Of a stretch of DNA of 64,000 nt, positions 27,703 through 36,994 are shown piece by piece. The notes under the pieces are model-generated. The model saw only the letters and a program-made list of their open reading frames with translations. It did not search any database and was not told where the DNA came from. The position numbers and the translations under genes were made by a program. The stretch comes from Gammaproteobacteria bacterium (GTDB lineage Bacteria; Pseudomonadota; Gammaproteobacteria; QZLD01): NCBI GenBank assembly GCA_033852075.1, contig JAWSVC010000014.1, forward strand, positions 113 to 64,112, given 5' to 3'. Every line of letters begins with the position of its first letter. Position 1 is the stretch's first letter.

Positions 27703-28509
27703 ATGTTGAAATCTAAAGATGGGACAAATATACATGTACTTACTAAAGGTTTAGGGAAACCTTTACTATTTTTAAATGGATTAAGGTCAACATTGGGGTG
27801 TTGGAAAAGACAGGTTAATCTACTAAGTAATCGTTATCAATGCGTTTGCTATGATCATCGAGGTGTTGGTAAAAGCGATAAGCCAAGTGTGGTTTATTCC
27901 TTCCAAAATCACATGGATGATATTGAAGCTATAATTAACCATTATTCAATGCAATTTCCTATTTTAATCGGTCACTCAATGGGAGTTATACGCGCTTTGC
28001 AATATGCATTATCAAATCAAGCTAACTTAAAAGGTTTGGTTCTTATTAATGGCGCGGCTCATATCAATATGAGTCTAAAGTTGATGATGCGTACAACACT
28101 AAAAGCTATAGAAAATAATAATAAAGAATTGCTTGATGCCATGAATGAAATTGGCTTGGCAATTACGTTCGGAGAAAAAAGTCTGTTAGATTTAGAACCA
28201 AGATTTAATGATTTTGTTGATTCAGCATTTGCTGGTGTAACGTTGGAGTCTGCGAAAAATTTATATGCAGGAATTTTAGAAGAAGAAATTGATTTGCGAG
28301 AAAGGCTTTCTGAAATAAAAATACCAGTATTGATTGTTGCTGGTGATGAAGATCTTCAATTTCCAAGTAAATATGCTCAAGATATGAGTGAGTTGTTACC
28401 AAATGCTGAATATAGAATGCTAAAAGGGTGCGGTCACTTTGCGCTTAGTGAAAAGCCGGATGAACTAAATGAAATACTGGATGAATTTTTAGAAAGGATA
28501 GGTAAGTAA
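27703..28509 (+). CDS. Alpha/beta-fold hydrolase (268 aa).
   Basis: Nucleophile elbow GHSMG. Conserved HGxG-like region (LFLNGLRSTL...CYDHRGVGKS). C-terminal His motif GCGHF. Confidence 0.75.
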   Translation: MLKSKDGTNIHVLTKGLGKPLLFLNGLRSTLGCWKRQVNLLSNRYQCVCYDHRGVGKSDKPSVVYSFQNHMDDIEAIINHYSMQFPILIGHSMGVIRALQYALSNQANLKGLVLINGAAHINMSLKLMMRTTLKAIENNNKELLDAMNEIGLAITFGEKSLLDLEPRFNDFVDSAFAGVTLESAKNLYAGILEEEIDLRERLSEIKIPVLIVAGDEDLQFPSKYAQDMSELLPNAEYRMLKGCGHFALSEKPDELNEILDEFLERIGK

Positions 28510-28999
28510 AAAAATGGAGCTAGGGATTCGATAATTATAGATAACATATTGAAATATAATGATATGGATGCCGAAAAATCTATCCGGTGTTACTAAAATT
28601 AAATGTCACGCTTTATATTTAGCGTGAATATTTAAATAAACTCCAAAGCCCATGTTGTCCATAAATTCTTATACTGGTTTTCTAATTCAAGCAGCTTATT
28701 TCTTTCTGTATTGAAGGTATTTCAGCGCATCCATTTTGGTTTAGGCGGATACTCTGAATTTCCATATAAATCATCAAGATATAAATGTTGCCCCCCCTCA
28801 AACATTTCTTTACGCTTTTTTCGTATCCTATAATGGCACAGGATTTGGGGACAGATAATGGAATACAATAAAGAAATTCAATCTAAAAATGACGAGAAAT
28901 GACGAGTGGACTAAAGAAAAGAGTGTATGTTTTTCCTATAATCCTTAGATAGTTGTGTCATTTTACTCTAAAAAACAATGAAAAAAGGAGAATCTTCTG

Positions 29000-31900
29000 T
29001 TGCAATTTCAGGGATATAGTGTTGATGGCATTGTAGACAGCAGTGACAGTACTATTGTCTATAGAGCCAGAAGCGGTGACGGGGATGAAAAAATTATCAT
29101 CAAAGTGACTGCAAAGGAGTATCCTTCAGAATCTGAACTTTCAAGATACAGACATGAATATGAGGTGCTCAAATCAGTAAGTATTGACGGAGTTGTTGAT
29201 ATTGTTGATCTGAAAAGCAGCAATAAGGGACTTGCTCTTTTTTTTAAGGATTTTGGTGGAACATCACTATCCACATTGATAAAGACAGACACCTTTCCTC
29301 TTATGGAAAAACTATCAATAATGAGGAAAGTTACTGATATTGTCGGAAGAATTCATGAAAACAAAATAATTCACAAGGATATAAATCCATCAAACATAAT
29401 ATACAACCGCAAGGACTCTATTCTTAAAATTATCGATTTTGGTATCGCTGATAAGTTAACTTCATCTCAGGATGCATCAATTTCAAGCAGCAGCTTTGAA
29501 GGAACTCTTGCCTATATGGCTCCTGAACAGACCGGAAGAATAAACAGAAAAACTGATTACAGATCAGACCTCTATTCTTTAGGTGCGACTTTTTATGAAA
29601 TACTTACCGGAAATCCACCATTTGTTTCAGATGATCCAATGGAGTTTATCCATTCACATATTGCCAAAACGCCTATTCCCCCTGTGAAATTCAACGAGGA
29701 TATTCCAGACGTTGTATCTGCTATTGTAATGAAGCTTTTGTCAAAGGATCCTGAAGACAGATATCAGAGTGCTGCAGGACTTTCTTTAGATTTTCAGAAT
29801 GTAATTAAAGCACTGGAAGAGAATGGGGCAGCAGATTTCTTTACTCTGGCTGAGAGAGATATTTCTACAGTTTTAAATATTCCTTCAAAGTTATATGGCA
29901 GAGAAAAACAGATTTCTTTGTTAATGAATGTGTTTGAAAGAGTATCAGAAGGACGAAGTGAAATAGTTCTTGTAAATGGATATGCCGGTGTTGGTAAAAG
30001 TTCACTGGTAATGGAGATTCACAAACCGGTAGTTAAGCACAGAGGCTATTTTATACAGGGTAAATTTGATCAGTATAAAAGAGATGTTCCATACTCTTCA
30101 TTTATTTCTGCTTTCAAGGAAATGATCAGACTCATTATGGTGGAGAGTGAGGAGAATATTGATTTCTGGAAAGAGAAAATTCTATCTGCAGTTGGAGTGA
30201 ATGGAAAGGTTATTCTTGAGGTTATTCCTGAACTGGAAAGTATAATAGGGCTTCAGCCGGAAATTCCTGACCTTCCACCTGAAGAATCAAAGAACAGATT
30301 TAAGTACACTTTCAAAAATTTTGTAAAGGCTATTTCAACAAAGGAGCACCCTCTTGTCATATTTTTTGATGATCTGCAGTGGGCTGATTCTGCTTCTCTG
30401 GAACTTATTCATCTTCTTACAACGGATAGCGATCTGGGGTATGCTTTAATTATAGGAGCATCAAGAGAAGAAGATCTGAATAGATCAGAAAGTACTAATA
30501 CCCTGAAGGAAATAGCTAAAGATGGTGGGGTAATTACAGAGATAAAACTGACTCCTCTTGAAATAAGGGATGTTGTAAATCTGCTGTCTGATACTGTTCA
30601 ATGTGATAAAAAAAATGTTACTGACCTTGCTGAACTTTGTTATAAAAAAACCGCAGGTAATCCGTTTTTTCTGAATCAATTCATAAATATGCTTTATGAA
30701 GAAGATCTGATCCACCTTAATATATCTCTGAGAGAATGGAAATGGAATCTGAAAAACATTATGTCCGCCAACTTTACGGACAATGTTATAGATTTCATGA
30801 TTCAGAAAATCGGGAAGGTTGATTCTGAGGCTCAGGAAATGCTTAAAAAGGCAGCTTGTATAAGTAGTGAATTTGATCTGAAAATGCTCTCTATTGTGGC
30901 TGAAAAGTCTGAAATTGATGTGGCAGAAAGCTTATGGCAATGTATGTCAGAAGGGCTGATCCTTCCTGTTAGGGGTGTTTTTACAATATCAGCTCTTCAG
31001 AATATTGATATTAATTTTGAAAATGCACCTGTCTACAAGTTTGTACATGACAGGGTGATGCAGGCAGCATATTCAATGATTGCTGAAGAAAAGAGAAAAG
31101 AGCTGCATCTTAAAATTTTCAGATTAATGAATGAACGTATTTCAACAGATGTATTTGATGAAAAACTTTTTGATATAGTAAATCAGTTGAATTACTGCAG
31201 AGAACTAATTGATGAAGATGATGAAAGATACTTATCTGCATCAATCTACCTTAAAGCCGGAATCAAAGCAAAAAGTTCAGCTGCCTATAATACAGCCAGA
31301 AACTGTTTTACATCTGCTGTTTCTTTATTAAATAAAAAAGACTGGGAACAGAAATATGAACTTACCAGAGATGTCTATCTGGCGGCGGCAGAAGCAGAGT
31401 ATCTCTGCACAGACCTTGAGAGTATGGAAAATCTGGTAAGTACCTTTCTTGAAAATGCAAAAACAAAGATGGATATAGTTAAGATCTATGAAGTCAGAGT
31501 AAGAGGCAAGATTGCATCCGGAGACAGGATGGATGCTATAAAAGATGGCATAGATATTTTAAAAAAACTTGGTGTTAAACTGAAACTTCATCCTACAAAG
31601 CTTGATGTTCTTTTTGCACTGATTAAAACAAGAATAAGTTTTATGTTATCAGGTAAAAGTCTTGAGAATCCAATTGAAATGACAGATTCCGATAAACTGG
31701 CAACTATGAAATTCTTCTCTCTTGTAGGGCCTTCAGCATATGTTGTTGAACCAAACTTAACGCCATTAATCATTCTTAAGCTGGCTGAATTTTCTGTAAG
31801 ATATGGGCAGTCCAGATTTTCAGCTTTTGCTCATGTGACTTATGGTTATCTTTTAACAGCATATATTGGTGACTTGGAAAATGGGTACAAGGAAGGCGTA

Positions 31901-34051
31901 AGAGGTCTTGAGGTTGCGGATAAGTATGATGTAAAAGGAATGTTTGCAAAATCAAGAATGCTTTTCGGTTGTTACATCCAGCACTACAGACACCATGCGA
32001 AAGATGCAATTCCTATTCTCTTTGAAGGATATTATAAAGGATTGGATGCAGGTGATTTTGAGTTTGCTGCATACGATATTCTTATCTATCTGTTTAATAG
32101 TTTTGTAACTGGAAAAAACCTAGATGAACTCAGGGCAGAAATTAATAAATATGAAAAGGAAGTTTACCAGATAAAGCAGACTGTTCAGCTCAGATGGATA
32201 AGAATTTATCACCAGATGTCTATTTATCTTATTGATGGTCCTCATAAAAGCGGAAATTTTGAAGGGAGCGTTTTTAAAGAGAGTGAAATGCTTCCTGATA
32301 CTAATGAAGATAAGGATAAAACTGCAGTTTTTAATCTTCTTTCAAGTAAAATGATAGTAAATTTTATTTATGATAAATTGGAAATTGCCCAGCAAAACGG
32401 AGAAGAAGCAGAAAAAAATCTTCATTATGTAATCGGTTCTTTTGATTATCTTCTGTTTCCATTTAACTATTCCTATGTACTACTGGGGATGTATGAATCT
32501 GTTGACGATAAAAGGAAGAAAGAAATTTTAAGAAAAGTTAAAAAATATCAGAAGAAGGCAAAACCAATTATAAAAAGTGCACCTGAAAACTATCTTCATA
32601 AATACAGGCTTGTTGAAGCGCTTCTTGCTGATATTTCAGGAGATATTTTAAAAGCTATAAATCTTTTTGATGAAGCGATAAAACTGGCTGGGGAAAATGG
32701 ATTTATCATGGATGAGGCTGTTGCCAACGAGTTTGCTGCCAAATTCTATGTAAAAAGAGGAAAAGAAAAAACTGCTAAAATATATTTTACAGATGCATTT
32801 TATCTATACAGAACCTGGGGAGCTGTTGCCAAGTCGGAAAAAATAATAAGAGATCATAAGGATTTTATACTTTTGGATATGCCGTCTTCCTTCTCAAATT
32901 CATACAGAACAACTATAACTCACTTTTGCGCAGATACAACAATACCAGATGCTTCAGCAACTCTTGATTTCAAGTCTCTTTTAAAAGCTTCCATGACTGT
33001 TTCCATGGAGATTGTTCTGGATAAACTTCTCGAGAATCTTATGAGAATTATTGTTGAAAATGCAGGAGCACAGAATGGGGTTCTCATTTTAAAAAATGGT
33101 AAAAAATTTCTAGTGGAATCTGAATGGGGCTTCGAGGATAATTCTGTAAAAGTTCTTAGATCTATTCATCTGGATGAATATCAAAATATTCCCAAAAGTA
33201 TAGTTAACTATGTAATAAGATCAAAAGAATCTGTTGTCCTTGATAACGCTGCTGAACATAACAAATATTCTAATGATGAATACATTAAAAAGTATTCGCC
33301 AAAATCAGTTGTATGTGCACCTTTAATTAAAAAGGGCGAAATTACAGGTGTTTATTATCTGGAAAATAATGCTGTAGCTAATAGTTTTACTCAGGATAGG
33401 CTGGAAGTTTTAAATATACTTAGTTCTCAGGCTGCAATTTCAATTGAAAATGCCTATCTTTATCATTCTCTGGAAGATACAAATAAAAATCTGGAACAGA
33501 AAGTAAAAGAGAGGACAATGGAGCTTTCTGATGCATATGAAAAAATCAAGCATCTTGCAATGGTTGATTCTCTTACAGGACTTCCCAACAGAAGAAATAT
33601 TCTCGAGAAAATAGAACATGAAAAAGTTCGCGGTCAAAGATCCCAAAAGCCATTCTCAGTTATTATTGGAGATATTGACTTCTTCAAAAAATTCAATGAT
33701 ACCTATGGTCATGACTGCGGAGATTTTGTTCTTAAAAAAGTTGCAGATACTATTAAGAAATCTCTTAGAAAACAGGATTATGTAGCTAGATGGGGTGGAG
33801 AAGAGTTTCTTTTAATTCTTCCTGAAACCGATGGCTCAGGCTCTGTAGTTGCTGCTGAACAGGTTAGAAAAAGTGTTGAAGAGAGCAATTTAATCTATAA
33901 GGATGTTCCTCTTAATATCACAATGACATTCGGAACTTCCACTTTTAACTTTGGTGATGATTTTGAAGAGAAGCTAAAAGCTGCAGACGAAGCTCTTTAT
34001 GAAGGAAAAGAGAGCGGCAGAAACAGAGTTGTCCTTAGTTCTTCTAATTAG
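29000..34051 (+). CDS. Giant multidomain signalling protein (1683 aa). Domain order: Ser/Thr protein kinase, AAA_16-type NTPase, TPR-like helical array, GAF, GGDEF diguanylate cyclase. A TTG start follows a strong SD (AAGGAG 9 nt upstream).
   Basis: Kinase motifs HKDINPSNII, DFGIA and APEQ. Walker A GYAGVGKSS. GGDEF motif RWGGEEF with DHD in ...DTYGHDCGDF. Arg codons are predominantly AGA/AGG, whereas core genes here use CGT/CGC. Confidence 0.8.
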   Translation: MQFQGYSVDGIVDSSDSTIVYRARSGDGDEKIIIKVTAKEYPSESELSRYRHEYEVLKSVSIDGVVDIVDLKSSNKGLALFFKDFGGTSLSTLIKTDTFPLMEKLSIMRKVTDIVGRIHENKIIHKDINPSNIIYNRKDSILKIIDFGIADKLTSSQDASISSSSFEGTLAYMAPEQTGRINRKTDYRSDLYSLGATFYEILTGNPPFVSDDPMEFIHSHIAKTPIPPVKFNEDIPDVVSAIVMKLLSKDPEDRYQSAAGLSLDFQNVIKALEENGAADFFTLAERDISTVLNIPSKLYGREKQISLLMNVFERVSEGRSEIVLVNGYAGVGKSSLVMEIHKPVVKHRGYFIQGKFDQYKRDVPYSSFISAFKEMIRLIMVESEENIDFWKEKILSAVGVNGKVILEVIPELESIIGLQPEIPDLPPEESKNRFKYTFKNFVKAISTKEHPLVIFFDDLQWADSASLELIHLLTTDSDLGYALIIGASREEDLNRSESTNTLKEIAKDGGVITEIKLTPLEIRDVVNLLSDTVQCDKKNVTDLAELCYKKTAGNPFFLNQFINMLYEEDLIHLNISLREWKWNLKNIMSANFTDNVIDFMIQKIGKVDSEAQEMLKKAACISSEFDLKMLSIVAEKSEIDVAESLWQCMSEGLILPVRGVFTISALQNIDINFENAPVYKFVHDRVMQAAYSMIAEEKRKELHLKIFRLMNERISTDVFDEKLFDIVNQLNYCRELIDEDDERYLSASIYLKAGIKAKSSAAYNTARNCFTSAVSLLNKKDWEQKYELTRDVYLAAAEAEYLCTDLESMENLVSTFLENAKTKMDIVKIYEVRVRGKIASGDRMDAIKDGIDILKKLGVKLKLHPTKLDVLFALIKTRISFMLSGKSLENPIEMTDSDKLATMKFFSLVGPSAYVVEPNLTPLIILKLAEFSVRYGQSRFSAFAHVTYGYLLTAYIGDLENGYKEGVRGLEVADKYDVKGMFAKSRMLFGCYIQHYRHHAKDAIPILFEGYYKGLDAGDFEFAAYDILIYLFNSFVTGKNLDELRAEINKYEKEVYQIKQTVQLRWIRIYHQMSIYLIDGPHKSGNFEGSVFKESEMLPDTNEDKDKTAVFNLLSSKMIVNFIYDKLEIAQQNGEEAEKNLHYVIGSFDYLLFPFNYSYVLLGMYESVDDKRKKEILRKVKKYQKKAKPIIKSAPENYLHKYRLVEALLADISGDILKAINLFDEAIKLAGENGFIMDEAVANEFAAKFYVKRGKEKTAKIYFTDAFYLYRTWGAVAKSEKIIRDHKDFILLDMPSSFSNSYRTTITHFCADTTIPDASATLDFKSLLKASMTVSMEIVLDKLLENLMRIIVENAGAQNGVLILKNGKKFLVESEWGFEDNSVKVLRSIHLDEYQNIPKSIVNYVIRSKESVVLDNAAEHNKYSNDEYIKKYSPKSVVCAPLIKKGEITGVYYLENNAVANSFTQDRLEVLNILSSQAAISIENAYLYHSLEDTNKNLEQKVKERTMELSDAYEKIKHLAMVDSLTGLPNRRNILEKIEHEKVRGQRSQKPFSVIIGDIDFFKKFNDTYGHDCGDFVLKKVADTIKKSLRKQDYVARWGGEEFLLILPETDGSGSVVAAEQVRKSVEESNLIYKDVPLNITMTFGTSTFNFGDDFEEKLKAADEALYEGKESGRNRVVLSSSN

Positions 34052-34060
34052 TCTTCCCTG

Positions 34061-34082
34061 AAAAAGTGCTTTCCTGCACTTT
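34061..34082 (+). terminator. Hairpin AAAAGTGC-tttcct-GCACTTTT, a weak terminator after the giant gene.
   Basis: Eight-bp stem about 10 nt after the stop codon. The U-tract is part of the stem. Confidence 0.3.
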
Positions 34083-34294
34083 TCCAGTAGTCGCTGCAAA
34101 AATGCTAACGCAAAACGTGGTTGTGCTTGAATTTTCTTGCTCGCATTTGCCTCAACGGCAAATGACGGGCTGTCCATGGCCCGCTCGTCGACCAGAAAAA
34201 ACGATTTTAGAGTAGATTCCTAGTCGAAATGATCATATGTTTTTTGAGTCGAAGCCTTGTGCTTCGGGTTCTCATCCTAATTTTCAAGCTATCA

Positions 34295-34343
34295 AATAAA
34301 AAAACCTTGTCCAGACGCGCTTCGCTTAAAGTCTTGACAAGGG
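34295..34343 (-). terminator. Rho-independent terminator downstream of tRNA-Ser. The stem is CCTTGTCAAGAC/GTCTGGACAAGG-like, followed by a T7 run on the minus strand.
   Basis: Twelve-bp stem with one mismatch, then TTTTTTT (minus strand), 12 nt after the tRNA 3' end. Confidence 0.6.
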
Positions 34344-34355
34344 TTTTGAATTCGA

Positions 34356-34445
34356 TGGCGGAGAGCGAGGGATTCGAACCCTCGATAGAGTTACCCCTAT
34401 ACACCCTTAGCAGGGGTGCGCCTTCAGCCACTCGGCCAGCTCTCC
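34356..34445 (-). tRNA. serV: tRNA-Ser (anticodon GCU), 90 nt, with a long variable arm.
   Basis: Reverse complement reads GGAGAGCTGGCCGAGTGG...CCCCTGCTAAGGGTG...GAGGGTTCGAATCCCTCGCTCTCCGCCA. The anticodon loop is CT-GCT-AA. Position downstream of csrA mirrors the E. coli arrangement. Confidence 0.85.
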
Positions 34446-34548
34446 GGGATGCAGCTCTGCATGGGATGCAGAGCTGTATTTAATGATGCGTAGAATACGT
34501 AAATTTAACGAAAAGGTAAAGTCAAAAAATAGATTTTTTTCTAATTTA

Positions 34549-34752
34549 TTATTGATTACCGAAGTTGTCGTCCATACCGTCGGTTTCTTTTTCTCTTCTG
34601 ATTCTTTCGTAAATTTCTTCACGGTGTACAGATACTTCTTTAGGTGCGTTAACACCAATACGTACCTGGTTTCCTTTAACACCTAATACGGTAACAGTTA
34701 CATCGTCACCAATCATTAATGTTTCGCCTACTCTTCGTGTAAGTATAAGCAC
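34549..34752 (-). CDS. csrA: Carbon storage regulator CsrA (67 aa).
   Basis: [51 protein letters not shown] is near-identical to E. coli CsrA. Confidence 0.95.
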   Translation of the reverse strand: MLILTRRVGETLMIGDDVTVTVLGVKGNQVRIGVNAPKEVSVHREEIYERIRREKETDGMDDNFGNQ

Positions 34753-34923
34753 GACTTTCTCCTTGTTCTTTCAAAATCTGCAAGATATTAATTAATATCC
34801 CGTTTCCATTGGGTTTCTTCCCTGCAATTCTTCTTTTACACTAAGCATAGTAAAATAAATGAAATTTTGCAGAATTTTAGGCAGTTTTTTATTTAAACTG
34901 CCAACCCTTTATCACTATATTGG

Positions 34924-36156
34924 CTATTCCTGAATTGCTTCTTCAGCATCCAGGCCAAAAGCACTGTGTAACGCTCTAACTCCAAGTTCAAGATACTTCT
35001 CATTCACAACGGCAGAGATCTTAATTTCAGAGGTAGCAATCATATTAATATTGATGCCTTCATTTGAAAGCGTTTCAAACATCTTGGTTGCTACTCCTGC
35101 ATGTGAACGCATGCCTACACCAACAATTGAGATCTTAACGATCTTATCATCACCTGATACTGATTCAGCTCCCATGGCTTTTGTTGTTTCTTTCAGAATC
35201 TCCATGGTTTTTTCAAAGTCACGTTTGTGAACCGTAAATGTAAAGTCAGTATGTCCATCAATGCCAGTGTTCTGAATGATCATATCGACTTCGATATTTG
35301 CATCAGATACTGGGCCAAGGATCTTAAATGCTATTCCTGGTGTGTCTGGTACTCGAGTAACAGTTATTTTGGCTTCGTCACGGTTAAATGCAATTCCGGA
35401 TACTATTGGTTCTTCCACGTCAGATTCCTCAAATGTGATCAGTGTTCCTGGACCTTCTTTAAACGAAGAAAGCACTCTAAGCGGAACTTTGTATTTGCCT
35501 GCAAATTCTACAGATCTAATCTGTAATACCTTTGAGCCCAGACTGGCCATTTCCAGCATCTCTTCAAAGGTGATCTTTTCAAGTCTTTTGGCTTTAGATA
35601 CAACCCTTGGGTCAGTAGTATATACTCCGTCAACATCTGTATAAATTTGGCATTCGTCAGCCTTTAGGGCTGCTGCTAATGCTACTGCTGTCGTATCTGA
35701 TCCGCCGCGACCAAGGGTGGTTATGCAACCATTTTCGGTGACGCCCTGAAATCCAGCGACAATTATTACCTTGCCTTCATCAAGATCTTTTCGAATTTTT
35801 TGTCCGTCTATCTCTTTGATTCTGGCTTTGGTGTGTTCTTCGTCGGTAAGAATCCTAACCTGTGTGCCTGTATATGATTTGGCAGGACAGCCAATTTCAT
35901 GTAGTGCCATGGTTAAAAGAGAGATGGTAACCTGTTCACCGGTTGAAAGAAGAACATCCATTTCTCTTGGATTAGGACGTGCCTGCATTTGGCTGGCTAG
36001 GTCAGTAAGTCTGTTGGTTTCTCCGCTCATTGCAGATACAACAACTATAAGCTGGTCACCACCTTCGATAGCGGCCTTTACTTTCTTGGCAACATTTTTG
36101 ATTCTGTCAGGGTCACCGACGGATGTGCCGCCATACTTTTGAACAATTAATGCCAT
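34924..36156 (-). CDS. lysC: Aspartate kinase (410 aa, monofunctional, with ACT domains).
   Basis: N-terminal MALIVQKYGGTSVGD...VVVSAMSGETN. C-terminal tandem ACT domains. It sits upstream of csrA as in vibrios. Confidence 0.85.
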   Translation of the reverse strand: MALIVQKYGGTSVGDPDRIKNVAKKVKAAIEGGDQLIVVVSAMSGETNRLTDLASQMQARPNPREMDVLLSTGEQVTISLLTMALHEIGCPAKSYTGTQVRILTDEEHTKARIKEIDGQKIRKDLDEGKVIIVAGFQGVTENGCITTLGRGGSDTTAVALAAALKADECQIYTDVDGVYTTDPRVVSKAKRLEKITFEEMLEMASLGSKVLQIRSVEFAGKYKVPLRVLSSFKEGPGTLITFEESDVEEPIVSGIAFNRDEAKITVTRVPDTPGIAFKILGPVSDANIEVDMIIQNTGIDGHTDFTFTVHKRDFEKTMEILKETTKAMGAESVSGDDKIVKISIVGVGMRSHAGVATKMFETLSNEGININMIATSEIKISAVVNEKYLELGVRALHSAFGLDAEEAIQE

Positions 36157-36426
36157 AAATCTGCCTAAATTGTGTTAGAAAGATATTAAAATTTGTACTG
36201 AATGCCTAACAGGAAAAACACCACAACCAACCGTTTATTTGTATGGCATCCTGCCGTTCGCAATTTGTGTCATTAATTCAATGACATGCGATTATAATAT
36301 GGTTTTGTTTTAATAATACTTGATAGAGGCTATCAGATAATTCGCGTAACGCCGTTATATTTAACACTAAATTGCTAATTAAATAAACCGAAATTATGTG
36401 TATTTGGTCATAAATATTAGAATAAA

Positions 36427-36945
36427 TTATAAAACCAGCCCCATAACAAGGTCATCTTCTCTGGTTTCATCTAAATTCTGAACCCTTTTACGTAATCTTC
36501 CTTCAATTTCAAAGCCAAGCGATTTGTAAAGATTAATTCCTTTGGTATTACTCTCACGAGCAAAAAGCTCAATTCTGGTTATATTAGATTTGTTGTTTTT
36601 TATGTGGGATATAAAATCAGAGAATAATCTCTTTCCGATACCGTTACCTTGGAAATTAGGTGATATCGCAATAGTTATGTTGCCAATTACATGCTGAAAA
36701 CATTTTATTCCTGGTGATTGACCGTGAATAACTCCGGTTATCTTATCGGTTTGCATATCAATGGCTATCAGGCAGACTCCGTTATCTAATGCAGAGCATA
36801 TATTAGTTTCTATGTAAGTAAGATCAATTTCCTCTTCAAGCCTAGCCAAATAACCAGGTATCGAGGCTACTTCTTTATATAGATCGAAGATCTTTGGAAT
36901 ATCATTTTTAGTCGCTGGTTTAATGATCATAGGTTGAAAACACAA
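36427..36945 (-). CDS. GNAT-family N-acetyltransferase (172 aa).
   Basis: Acetyl-CoA binding motif QGNGIGKRLFSDFI (Q/RxxGxG/A). Confidence 0.7.
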   Translation of the reverse strand: MCFQPMIIKPATKNDIPKIFDLYKEVASIPGYLARLEEEIDLTYIETNICSALDNGVCLIAIDMQTDKITGVIHGQSPGIKCFQHVIGNITIAISPNFQGNGIGKRLFSDFISHIKNNKSNITRIELFARESNTKGINLYKSLGFEIEGRLRKRVQNLDETREDDLVMGLVL

Positions 36946-36994
36946 AAAATTGTTAATTGTAGATTTAGTGTATAATGACCAAATTGATTATGCC

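Noticed and set aside
28511-28534. A 15-bp imperfect match (GAGCtAGGGATTCGA) to the 3' end of tRNA-Ser (GAGCgAGGGATTCGA), which could mark the far att site of a tRNA-integrated island containing the giant kinase gene.
   Set aside because: The tRNA's own rho-independent terminator sits intact immediately next to the tRNA (34295-34343). Classic tRNA-3' integration would have displaced it to the far end of the island. No integrase is present. The match is short and could be chance. Foreign origin of the giant gene is supported instead by codon usage.
34871-34897. Hairpin GGCAGTTT-tttattt-AAACTGCC between lysC and csrA as a lysC terminator.
   Set aside because: It is symmetric with no U-tract on the minus strand after the stem. 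It may be a weak attenuator, but the evidence is insufficient.
36157-36426. Lysine riboswitch in the aspartokinase leader.
   Set aside because: Manual reading of the minus strand shows none of the conserved lysine-element blocks. Only a palindrome plus -10 hexamer were found (reported as a low-interest finding).
36950-36994. ORF-tracker TTG start for recC at 36950 (15-codon N-terminal extension) and the ORF-tracker starts for glnK (54708) and amtB (55132).
   Set aside because: Alignment to the E. coli orthologs and the SD positions support the internal ATGs at 36995, 54768 and 55147. The extensions would overlap the divergent GNAT gene start or the promoter region.
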